A model generated the notes under the pieces. That model was given only the letters and a program-made list of their open reading frames with translations, was not told where the DNA came from and did not search any database. From Adineta vaga (Eukaryota > Animalia > Rotifera): a stretch of DNA of 64,000 bases. The position numbers and the translations under genes were made by a program. The first letter of the stretch is position 1. Each line of letters begins with the position of its first letter. Shown here one piece after another: positions 53,301-64,000 of the stretch. Location of the stretch: positions 17,546,001 to 17,610,000 of the forward strand of contig CP075492.1 in NCBI GenBank assembly GCA_021613535.1, read 5' to 3'.

Positions 53301-54870
53301 ATAATTCGATTAACGTTGACTATCGTTTTCAATGGATATTTCAACCTATTCAAATTATTTATGATGCGGTAAATGATTATTTCATAAAGAAATAATTTGT
53401 TTTCATTTTATATAAAATATTTATTGTTATTTAGACTATGTTCAATCATATAGTAGAATGTTTTGATACAAATTCAAATCCAAATTATATTCAATATTTC
53501 AAGTTAGTCGAGTTTTGAATATTGAAAATTTATTTTATTGATTTATATAGAATAAAAGAACGTCATTTATCTGAAATGGAAAAAGATTTATGTCGAACAA
53601 AAATTTTTGATATGTTTATTCAATTTAAAGAAGTTTCTATCGAATTTCCTCAATATGGATATGATCACAAGTAATTCGATCAAATTTATAGTTAGTGGTG
53701 GAACCAGGAGTTTTCAGTAGTGTCAAATTTGAAAGTTGAATAGGAAAATACTAATTTTGATCACAATTTGTGTCCAATATCCTTGCCCATAAGTTTCAAC
53801 TGAGATCTAATATATCAAAAAAAACTCCTGATTACACCACTATTTATATTTCTTAATATTAAAAGAATTTATTTAAAGAAATAATTCGAAAATTCAACTT
53901 CATTTTGACAATTGGTTATTAAAATCTTGTTTAGATAAGAATCAATTGAATCATCAGGTGAAATTTTTTATTATTCAAATATGAATAAATCAATCAATTA
54001 ATCAATGTATTTAAGGATAAATCAAATGAAAAAAGATTTTATATGAAATATGAAATTAAATTAAATGGAATATCATTGATATATATTGAAAAAGGTTTTT
54101 TATTAATTTAATTGATAAAAGTTTTTTTTTGTCATTTCAATTTATAGATAAAAACAAGTTGATTTTAATCGAAAGAATTCCATTAATTAATATAGACTTT
54201 TATAAATGTATTTATGATAATGATTTTCATCTATTTAAGTAAGTTTGTTTTATTTTAAAATATTTATTTTTCTTCAATTTAATAGATTAGTTGGAAAATT
54301 GATGTTCGAATAAATCAAATTGAAAAGATTGAAATTTCAAGTAAATCTTTGGAAATAGTTCGAAATCATTTTCAATCAATAAAATCTCTTCATCCAACAA
54401 TATCAGAACTTTTATCAAGAATTAATCTTTATTGTGAGAAAATAAATCACTTATCATGGAAATTCTCATCATTATTTTTTCTTCTTTTAGTCGGAATATT
54501 TTTTGATAATACAAGTTGGACATTAGATGTATCCTCGAATCTATGTCAATTTCTTATTCCTCTTAATTCATTAGTTTCAATTGAAACAGGTTTAGTTTAT
54601 CTTTAAAACCTTTTTTAATTATTATTAAAATGTTTTCAAAATAAATTAGATTTTTCTTTATCAATTATTCGACAACGAACATCGATTAATAAAGCTATTT
54701 GTGTATTGAAACATTTAACAATTGTGTCTCAACCTTCTATCAAGTAAAACTTTGTTTTTTATCAATAGATTTCATTAAGAAAATTTTTCTTTAATTAATT
54801 TTCAGCTGGTCGTATTCATTGTTTAAAAAAGATCAAATTCAATTAATTTATCTTGAAAATGGTCAATAAA
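50316..54870 (+). CDS. Short VPS13/chorein N-terminal-like gene, many small exons
   Basis: MVLKSVVRYIINRYLKNYIEALD...G/HVSLENLHLK...LPI...G.I.KLTLTIPW..LYTQP; HLSYET...GHPFSFGFT. 3' end approximate. Confidence 0.75.
50811..51290. mobile_element. MITE-like insertion in a VPS13-like intron
   Basis: ~45-bp terminal inverted repeats AAACTGATATTTTATAATGAAAAGAAGAAGAAAAA / TTTTTCTTCTTCTTTTCATTATAAAATATCAGTTT. Confidence 0.8.
53693..53842. mobile_element. hAT-type MITE in an intron
   Basis: TIRs TAGTGGTGGAACCAGGAGTTTT / AAAACTCCTGATTACACCACTA; flanks TTTATAGT / TTTATATT (7/8 TSD match). Confidence 0.75.
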
Positions 54871-55012
54871 TCCAAAATATATAAAGGAAGATTCGAAATA
54901 AATAATCTGCTTTTTATTCAAGCCAGAAAATAAAAAAGAAAATGATTTTACTTTCAAATAAATATTTCAGCAATAAGTTCGATACTTTATTGAATAGAAA
55001 TTACACTGATCA

Positions 55013-55131
55013 TGAAAGTGTGTGGGTGAAGACTCAGTAAGAACCAACCACATCTACACCTTCAAGATGGCTTTAACCTATATTTGTAGCATGTAGGATA
55101 ATCTGTTCTCATCCTCACACTCTCACCCTCA
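55013..55131. repeat. Telomere-like element, copy 13 (55013-55066), plus a second C-arm (55108-55131)
   Basis: TGAAAGTGTGTGGGTGA...CCACATCTACACCTTCAAG; CTCATCCTCACACTCTCACCCTCA. Confidence 0.8.
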
Positions 55132-56563
55132 TGGATGCTGTGCGTTCTTGTATTACCACAAATGTATTAGTAACATTTGTCCAATTTCTTGTTGTTGGAT
55201 CGTACAGTTCAGCACTACTAAAAGTGTTGTACCAACTACCCATTCCACCAGCAACTAATACTTTTCCATTTGGTAATATTGACGCTGTATGCGTATCTCG
55301 GTTATCGTGCATGCTATCAGTTATAGTCCAATTTTTCGTCGATAGATCGTACAATTCAGAATTTGGACCTGGATATGAGGCATCAACGTTTCCACCCGTA
55401 ACTAAGATTTGTCCGTTCATTAATAGTGTCGCCTGATGTAGTGCTCGGGCACCATGCATGCTATTAATTATAGTGCAATTGTTCATTGTTGGATCATACA
55501 ATTCAGCACTCGCGAGTGGAGTAACGCTATCACTCGTTCCACCGGTAATTAAGACTTGTCCATTGATTAATAGTGTTGCTGCGTGCCGGTACCGTCCAAT
55601 ATTTAGACTAGCACCTATGCTCCAATTTCCTGTCAATGGATCATACAGTTCAGTTATCTGTGATTCAGGACCACCCGCACTCCCAATAACTAGTATTTTT
55701 TTCCATTTGATAATACCGTGGCTGTATGGGAATATCGCGGAAAATGCATACTACTAGTCCTTGACCACTTTCTTGTTAATGGATCATACAATTCGCATTT
55801 ATCAATTGTTACATCGAATACATCAATTCCTCCAGTAACTAGAATCTTTCCATTTGGTAATACTGATGCTGTATGCCATGCTCGACCATCCTGCATACTA
55901 TCAACTTTTAACCAAACATTTCTTCTTGGGTCATATAATTCAGCACTCGCTATAACATATTGTTCAGTCGAAGCATCTTCATACCATCCACCAGCAATTA
56001 ACACTGTTCCATTTGCCAACAATGACGATGTATGATCAAGTCGTCGGTCATGTATATCAGCAGCATGTCTCCAATTGCCTGTTGATGGATCATACAATTC
56101 ATATTTAATCTGAGAGATTAGATCATTTCCTCCCCAACCACCAGTAACTAATACTTTTCCATTGTTTAAAACTGTTGCTGTATGCGAAGATCGGTCAAAT
56201 TTCATAGAGCCAGTGGAAGACCATGCTAAAAGAAATCATACATCACTAAGTCAAACAATTAGCTTTTCGAAAATCTTGAACTGATATTTTCAATCAATCT
56301 TGATAAGACACCAGTGAAATAGTGCAATTTCTACACTCATCAATATATCAATAGTATCTATTATTACTACTGTTGATTTATCAAAGAAATAAAATTACCA
56401 GATTGTGTTGATGTTATTGTTTTAAAATTTCTTGGTAAAGTTATAGCAAACTTTAAAATCAAGAATAAAACTATTGAAGAAACTATCAAAATAATTTAAT
56501 AGTATAAATAGAGATTTATTGTTTTTCGAAAGTGTACTCACGACATAGATGATTGTTAAACAT
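55115..56563 (-). pseudogene. Secreted kelch-repeat (galactose-oxidase-like) protein, frameshifted and 3'-truncated at the element
   Basis: Repeats of HTATxLxNGKVLVTGG...AELYDP. Signal-peptide exons from ATG 56563; frameshift near 55697; the last repeat is cut at RTAS/MRVRV*. Confidence 0.8.
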
Positions 56564-57345
56564 ATTAGATTTTTTCACACAAATAATATTAATAAAAAAA
56601 ATCAATAGATCACTGTCGATAACTACGTTTTATATAGGTATTATTTTCATAAAAACAAGAAAAGATAAGTGTTATTATTTTTAGTATAAAAATAAACGCG
56701 TATTATTATTATCTTTTCATGAGAAAATGAAGAGTCCAAAGTACAATGTAAGTAAAAGTTCTATTTTTTGTTTTCTTCTTTTCTTCGATATTGATAATTA
56801 GTTAGAAATTTTTAACAAAAGAAAAGTTTGGAATTGAAATGCCAATCGATTAATATTCTTATATAGTTACATTGATAAAACTCCTATATCATCCCTACTT
56901 TATCTTTACTCACATTTACACTTTTAGCTTTTTGTTCTGAAAAGAAAAAAGAAATGAAACGAATGAACTATTAAGTTTGACAATATTGATCCGACTCAAG
57001 ATGGAATTACGTTTGCCTGATCAATACGAGTTATTTGATAATAAAAAGGCAAAAATATCAAATACGTGTATGATACATTCGAAAAAAAATGTTCTGTAGA
57101 AGAAGAACCATAAAAAATAGAATGAAAATACTGTAGATCAATATATATCTGTATATCTTTGAAATATAATTTATAAAATCGAATTATTCTATGTATAATT
57201 TTAATCAATCAGTATATTTCTCTTTTTTTAATTCAAAGAAATCATATATTATTAAATATATACATTCTATATATCACATGTACAGGTATGTTTTTTTTCC
57301 ACTTTTTGCGTAGATTATATTCGTTATATTGCCTATACTTTGTAC

Positions 57346-57761
57346 CAGAGATGGGCAAGTCAAGTCATTTTTGACTTGAAACAAGTCAAGTCAAGTCCAA
57401 GTCTGACTTGACTTGACTTGACTTGAGATATTTGTTGGAAGCTATTGACTTGACTTGACTGGACTTGGGCTTTCCCCTGTAGGTCAAATTACAAGTCAAC
57501 CACGGAAAACCGATCTAATTATGTGTGTCATTCATCTGTTAGATAAATTATGCATAACTGCCAGCTTAGTAAGATTTCGTAGCTACTTTTCGACCTGAAT
57601 TATGTCACAATTAGGCCAAAAACCACTTGACTTAGGAAGTATTGCGACTTGACTTGACTTGACTTGGGAAGCATTGCGACTTGACTCGACTTGACTTAGG
57701 TTTTTGTGTCAGTGACTTGACTTGACTTGACTTGTAGAAACCTCTGACTTGCCCATCTCTG
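57346..57761. mobile_element. Non-autonomous hAT element with internal (GACTT)n repeats
   Basis: TIR CAGAGATGGGCAAGTCA / TGACTTGCCCATCTCTG; perfect 8-bp TSD CTTTGTAC. Confidence 0.92.
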
Positions 57762-58336
57762 CTTTGTACATATATGTACTTTTTTATTAGAAGGTTAAAT
57801 TTTTTTTATTATTTAAATATTAAAAATAAATATCAGATATTTCTTTATATAAAAAAATAAAGACACGAATATTCAAAAGATACACACTTTCATTGTCAAA
57901 TGTATATGTAAGAATCTGAAATATTTTATTGAAAAAAGAAAATGATTTATCTTGACAATAGATGTTCTTGAAACTCGTAAATATCTTTTATAAAAGAAAT
58001 CCAAAAAGAGAAATTTGTAATTTAAATCAAATTTGTTTTCGATTATATATTAATGAAACAATTTTCATTTGATTATATAAATATTGCGCATAATATTTCG
58101 ATAGACATCACATTTATTGATGAGTACCTGATATCCTTAGACACACAGGTAGACACCCATAAAAAAGCCGGTACTCATATATACGTATATATCAAAATAG
58201 ATACAAATATATCATACACACCTTTTATTGATGTTATTTAAGAACGAATAGAAATAATTTTTATTTACAACTATAAATTAATGATAAAAAATACGAATAG
58301 TTAGTATTTCATCAAATTTATTCTTATCAAAATATA

Positions 58337-59095
58337 ATGAAAAAGGTTAATACTTTAACAATTATATTTACTATATTATCGATACTTGTTGGTATTATTG
58401 CAGTGATTCTTTTTATCGTCGGTGTTGCTTCAAGAAAATGGATTGAAATTTCAAGTGATTTAATCCCATTAGAAACACAAATAAGTCAAGTACTTGGAAA
58501 TTCAACTTTTATTGCATCACTTATTGTTGCAACAAAAGCAAGTCAAGCTCAAGTTGTACAAATAGTTTTAGCAACTGGAAATAAAGTCAAAGAACAATTA
58601 GGTAATGCTGCTGCTAATGATACAACTTATCATCTTTATGGAAAGAATCCAAATATACCTGAAACATCACCAAGTTTTAAAACAACTCAAGGATTTGTTT
58701 TTGCTGGAATAGCATCAATATTTATTGGTCTTTTATTATCATTAATTGTGATTGCTTCATGTTTAACACGTATTATTCGTTTTGTTCCATTATTTTTTCT
58801 AACTGTTGGACCAATTTTAATTACGATTGGATATGTTATTTATTCAAAATTAGTTATTGAAGATTTTGGAAAATCATTAGAAATTTCAGTTGATGTTGGT
58901 TTTAGTATTATTTTAATTATCATTTCATCAATTGTTGGTTATGTTTCAGCTATTATATTTGCTTTGATTATTCTTCAACCTCGTCAAAATCCAAAAATCA
59001 ATAATTATAATAATAATAATAATAATAATGGTTTTGCACCTCGATCAATGTTTCGACCTCGACCATATCGATCGACAATGGGCAGAAAAATGTGA
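58337..59095 (+). CDS. Four-TM claudin/PMP22-like membrane protein
   Basis: TM1 followed by W, a large loop, then three TMs and a basic tail; intronless 252 aa. Confidence 0.65.
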   Translation: MKKVNTLTIIFTILSILVGIIAVILFIVGVASRKWIEISSDLIPLETQISQVLGNSTFIASLIVATKASQAQVVQIVLATGNKVKEQLGNAAANDTTYHLYGKNPNIPETSPSFKTTQGFVFAGIASIFIGLLLSLIVIASCLTRIIRFVPLFFLTVGPILITIGYVIYSKLVIEDFGKSLEISVDVGFSIILIIISSIVGYVSAIIFALIILQPRQNPKINNYNNNNNNNGFAPRSMFRPRPYRSTMGRKM

Positions 59096-59207
59096 TCTTC
59101 AAATCATACAAAAATACGAACACAAATTTTGTGTTTTTTTTTTATTATATAATTTATCGAATCTTAAAAATAAATTTTATTTAATCATTAAAATCAATAA
59201 TAGAAAA

Positions 59208-59255
59208 GGGTGAGAGTGTGGGTGCGGGTGCTTCGTGTATACAGCATTCACACAT
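59208..59255. repeat. Telomere-like element, copy 14
   Basis: GGGTGAGAGTGTGGGTGCGGGTGC-ttcgtgtataca-GCATTCACACAT. Confidence 0.8.
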
Positions 59256-59555
59256 TCTTTTCGGCGATGTGTATAATGATCCTTCGATCTATACTACAGG
59301 ATTACTATTACTTTTACGAAAAAAATCAGTAATATGAAACTATACTCAGTCGTCTGTCAATCTACAAATAGTAACGTTGAAGACATACACCTAATCCTAT
59401 CATTAAAGTTGTTCTATGCGTTACTCTTTCATAGATTCTATTCTATCAGTATTTTCTGCGAAACATATATCATTGAAAACTAATACTCAATTTTCAAAAT
59501 ATATATATATATATATGCTTTAAAAATGTGTTTTTTCTTCATTCAATCCAACTCC

Positions 59556-60373
59556 ATGTCTATCTTCAATTTTCAATACATTCTTTTACTTTCCACTACT
59601 ATCATTGTCTGTCTGACTGCCAGTCATGGTGTGCCATATAGTAATGGTCAAGGTCCAAGTGCTAATCAAAATCGTAATTTCTTTCAATTCGGGAAGATGA
59701 TTCTCAGCGCTGTGGGCAACCCATTTGGCTACAACGGTTATGGCTGTTGGTAAGATAAGTTTTTCCTTATATGGACTAAGCAATGGTTGAGGCGATAAAT
59801 CTCAAGAAACTTCTCTTAAATGACATGAATTTATTTATTCATTGAAGGTGTGGTAAAGGTAATCGCGGTGATCTTGTCGTCGATGAAACAGATCGTTGTT
59901 GTCAACTTCATGATAGATGTTGGGCAGCTGTTGAGATCAACCATGGTTGTGATCCATTCTGGAGAGCTTACGATTACAAGACATTGTCTAATCACACAAT
60001 TCAATGTACCGATCCGATAAAGACATGCGATTATCACAGTTGTCAATGCGACAAAGCTGCTGTTGAATGTTTTGCTCGTCATCATAATACAAGCTATGAT
60101 TCGGACTTTGACAATTGAAAAGGTCTTTGTACTACAGCAACCAGATCACCAGAAAATGATCCCGAAACATGTCCACCGGTGTGAGATGCGCGCGAAGAAT
60201 ATATCTCTGGTAGTTTAGTGAGCATTCATGGAATCATATATCAATCGATATATACGAACAGTCCAGGCCAAAATCCTTTGAATAACCAGGTTACCTCACA
60301 GTATCATGGAACTATAGCAACCTGGAAGAAATTAGACCAATGTCGACGAACGATATTGGCCGATTATTTTTGA
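59556..60373 (+). CDS. Secretory phospholipase A2 with a C-terminal CBM5/12-like region behind two in-frame TGA codons
   Basis: Signal peptide; YGCW/CGKG Ca loop across intron 59750-59847; DRCCQLHDRC catalytic motif; CQCDKAAVECF. TGA at 60116 and 60182; the frame is otherwise open to 60373. Confidence 0.85.
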
Positions 60374-60423
60374 ATAAACGAAATAAAAAAGCAAATTTTG
60401 CACGTAATTGTCATAACTTAGGA

Positions 60424-60631
60424 TGGGTGTGATTGAGGGTGTGGGATGTGTTTAAATCTTGTAAATATAAGAATTGAAAGGATAAGTAATCATATATTTT
60501 TTCCACGGAAACATAATGGATTTAAAAGTGAATGCAAGCATATGAATATGTCTAAACAGGTACGAAAAACTTGAGGGTGTGGGTGCGAGTGTTGTTCAAT
60601 AAAAACATGAAGTATATACACCCAAACCCTG
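60424..60631. repeat. Telomere-like G-arm (60424-60450) and element copy 15 (60570-60631)
   Basis: TTGAGGGTGTGGGATGTG; CTTGAGGGTGTGGGTGCGAGTG...TACACCCAAACCCTG. Confidence 0.85.
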
Positions 60632-60946
60632 ATTGTAAATATCTTACGAGATAGGTTTATTCTCAAACCGACGAATTGAAAACCCTATAGAAAGCAGGTC
60701 GGAAAAATCTGAAATACGATTCCATATATCTTTATCTCTTCTTTCTATTAAAAGTTATTCAAAAATACTCATTATGATTTATGTTACTGTGGCATACGTA
60801 AAAACTTAGCTGTTATCGGAATTTTATTATTATAACTTCAGTTGAAGGAATTAATCAAGTAACACTTTTAATCGAATATATAAAGCATTTAAATTAGCCT
60901 GAAAATTGTAACTATATTTTCACATCAAATCTCTATAGAAATCGAT

Positions 60947-62657
60947 TTATTTTAATAAATTGCAATTGAAAAAGATATTCTCATTTTTACGATTGATTTC
61001 ATAATCTAAGAAAAGTTTTTCATCGTCAATTCTTTTATTTAAATCATTAATCATCTTTTCATCGGCTGTTGGAACATGAAAACATAATGAATTCAGATGA
61101 GCATGTGATATATTCTTAATTGATTTAAGAATCGATATAATATCAACCTTGTATAGATGATCAATTTTGAAAAATGATAAATAAGGAGAAAATTTCATAA
61201 GAAAATCAATTTGTTTCACATCATTGATATTTTCAAGGGAAATTTTCTTAATTTGACTCATCAAATGTATTGAATAAAGAATTGCAATTTCTTTTGAATT
61301 TAAATTTCTCGAATCTTCTAATATTAATGAATGAATTTTTAATGATTGAAGTTCTAATAACGAATTTGTTATTTGTAATAATGAACCAATAAAAAGATTT
61401 TCTTTTCGAATTTCTAAATGATAAATTTGAGTAAAATTTAAAACACGATTAATATCATATGTTATTAAATAATTATATTTATTGAAATTGATTCGTGAAA
61501 GAATTAATTGATTTAATTGAGATAAATTCTCTTGATTAAACCATTGTTTTCTAGAAGAATAGAAAAATGATTTTGTTTTTTTTTTGTCTTTCTTACTTAT
61601 AAGGAGAAACTGAAAAGATGATATTTTGATTGTTAATTTCAATTTCTAATATCCATTTTTGTTTAATCCAAAATGATGACGTGAAATCATTTATTTCATC
61701 AATATTATAATTAAAAATTCTATTAACATTTTCCGAATATTTCAAATAAAATTTATCCAATTGAGGCATTGAATTTGAAATAAGATTTTCCCATCGTGAT
61801 GCATTGAGATAATCGGTGTTTTCAGAAGAAGTTTTCAAAGAAAAAACTTTTATATTTAATCCTATTTTTCTAATTAATACTTCAAAATATTCAAACATCA
61901 CTCTCGAATGTAAACTTAAACACATAGATAAATGTGTCAAATTAGGCCATATAATATAGATGGATAAGTTTTTTTGCATTAATGAATGGAAATAAAATGT
62001 TTTCGTAAAAGTAAGATGACGAAGATTTGGTATATATGATAACATATTTGAAATAGAAGGGAAAAACCATTCATGATTAATAACAAGAGATTCTAAATTA
62101 CTGATTTGTTTATTTGGATTAAAAGATGCGAATTGAGATGATGCTAAATGATTATCGATTGATAATTTGAAATGTTTCAATGTTCGTAAAGTGAATATTT
62201 CATAATAAATTTCAGGATAATTGATGTTGCAATGTAATATTTCGATTGTTAATGAATTGAGACGAGGTAATGATTGTAAATTTGAAAGAAATAAAAGAAG
62301 TTTTTTTGAATTAATTGAACTAATACGAAGGGATTCGAGACAAATAAATAATGAATCAATTGGATTTAATGAAAAAGATTCATTTAAATTAAGTGAATAG
62401 ATTTGTTGCTTATTAAAACAAAATATTTCATTCAAACAATCATCGTCTAAAGTATTTGACCAAAATTTCATCTTTAATTGAAAGGAAGATGAATTAATTA
62501 ATTGTTGAAAACGAGAATTAAGATATGAAAATGTTTGATGTATTTGACAACCATCAAGATAATTGAAAATTTCATAAAAAAGTTCATTGGGGAAATCTTC
62601 AATTGAACATCGACATAAAGAAATCATTTTCTGTTCCATGTTTATATGAAGATACAT
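60947..62657 (-). CDS. F-box/LRR-like protein (lineage-expanded family), 2 exons
   Basis: IEDFPNELFYEIFNYLDG F-box, LRR-like repeats, YLNASRWENLI; short intron near 61552-61597. Confidence 0.85.
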
Positions 62658-62840
62658 TTCTATTATTTGACATTATTTATAGAAACAAGTTAACCGATAA
62701 TAATGACGGACGACGACGACGGTAGACGAAACGGAAAATGTGAGAAAAAAACGCGACTGGTATGACAAGTACGTTTATCCTGAAGATGTCGTAGGCGATT
62801 GATGTTTCTTTCCTTTGGTTAGTCATCTCTTGCATGTAGT

Positions 62841-62934
62841 TTGCGGGTGTGGGTGTGGTTATATGCTCACTGTCAGCGCCCATACCTACTACAACCACAC
62901 ACTGACCGACACCTAACCTACACCCACACCCTCA
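62841..62934. repeat. Telomere-like inverted-repeat element, copy 16
   Basis: TTGCGGGTGTGGGTGTGG...CTACACCCACACCCTCA. Confidence 0.88.
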
Positions 62935-64000
62935 TTTTCAATTATGATAATTTTTTTTTACATATTTCATAACTTTCATGTATATTTATTTATTTTACTT
63001 AAAAATCAAGAAAATAAGGATAAATCAGTGTAATCATAGATGTCTCTCTAGATATTTTTAGTTAAAAAGTGATCTACTCATTTAATACCGACAACAGCAT
63101 TTTTCCCCTTTGCAACAAAGACCATGTCAAACACGACGTCGGGCGCATAGGTTGCGGCATTCATCGGTACGACAGTGTGGTCGAGCTCGCGGCATACGAC
63201 GAACACGTGGACTATGATCATCATTAATCGATGTTGCTATTTCAAAGTTGTCTTGTGATTGTATCGTTTCTAAAATCAAATAAAGTATACATATATATTT
63301 ATGATTAAGCGCGTTCTAATAAATACGTTATAAGCAAATACGAAGAAAACTCTTTCATCGTTATAATTACTATTATCGTTAAAATCCCAGTACAACTTCA
63401 ATTTATGTCTACAAAATGCTCAATACAGAACTGAACATACCTGTTTCTAATACAACTGACATAACAATACCAATAATGTAGAAGAAAACGAGAAGATATT
63501 TAAGTTGCATGTTGATAAATGATAGTTTGCCGATTGCAACGTGCTTAGTGTTAGAGCGAAAGCCTTATATATATACTAGTTCCTAATGATATCATATCGC
63601 AAAAAACGAAAAAAAATTTCCCACTTCATTGAAGTATCTTATTTTATGAGTCATCATACAATTTGTTCTATTTACACTAGTGGGAGGTTCCCATCGTCAG
63701 GCAAACAGACATTTTGACATTAATAAAAAATGGCGAGCACTATAATAAACGTTCTTTATATATTGATTTTTTTTGAGTCAACAATAAAAAAACAGAAGAT
63801 TATTTATGTCTGATTATTATTTAAGCAATAAAAATTATATTTGATTATTCAAGAACAAAACTTTTATCCTTTCAACACAGAACGGTTTCAGTAATATTTT
63901 GCGTTCTGTCGTCGGCTAAGTCGACGAATATCATATGGTGTGTTCGAGGAGAAAAGAGAAGACGTCTGATCTAAAAGATATAACGATAGTCATCTATATT

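Noticed and set aside
55131-56035. Plus-strand ORFs over the kelch gene, and similar shadow ORFs over the IBP, GPCRs and kinase
   Set aside because: Antisense or alternate-frame shadows of recognisable genes.
57346-57761. (GACTT)n as a telomeric or novel repeat system
   Set aside because: Fully explained as a hAT-type element with TIRs and an 8-bp TSD.

Overview
AT-rich eukaryotic DNA with short (~50-60 nt) GT-AG introns. The gene families (intron-poor rhodopsin-like GPCRs, F-box/LRR, NHL, ART, Cys-rich multi-TM family, foreign-looking enzymes) and the TGTGGG/TGAGGG hexamers point to a bdelloid rotifer (inference). The window is a patchwork of unrelated genes, pseudogenes and gene fragments. 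It holds 7 GPCRs, an ADP-ribosyltransferase, an APH/choline-kinase-like enzyme, an HSP70 pseudogene, a Rel/IPT-domain gene, a DUF3494 ice-binding protein and two isoprenoid-synthase-fold genes. It also holds DGK, a short VPS13-like gene, a kelch protein, a tetraspan protein, sPLA2, F-box/LRR, Cys-rich peptides, RT remnants and MITEs. The main unexplained structure is about 20 copies of an imperfect palindrome, (C)TTGAGGGTGTGGGTG - unique ~15-35 nt spacer - CACCCACACCCTCAA(G). It is built from telomere-like repeats and shows no target-site duplication in the copies I checked. The copies divide the window into gene-sized cassettes and often sit exactly at gene ends or truncation points. This resembles integron attC sites or telomere-healed end-to-end fusion scars.
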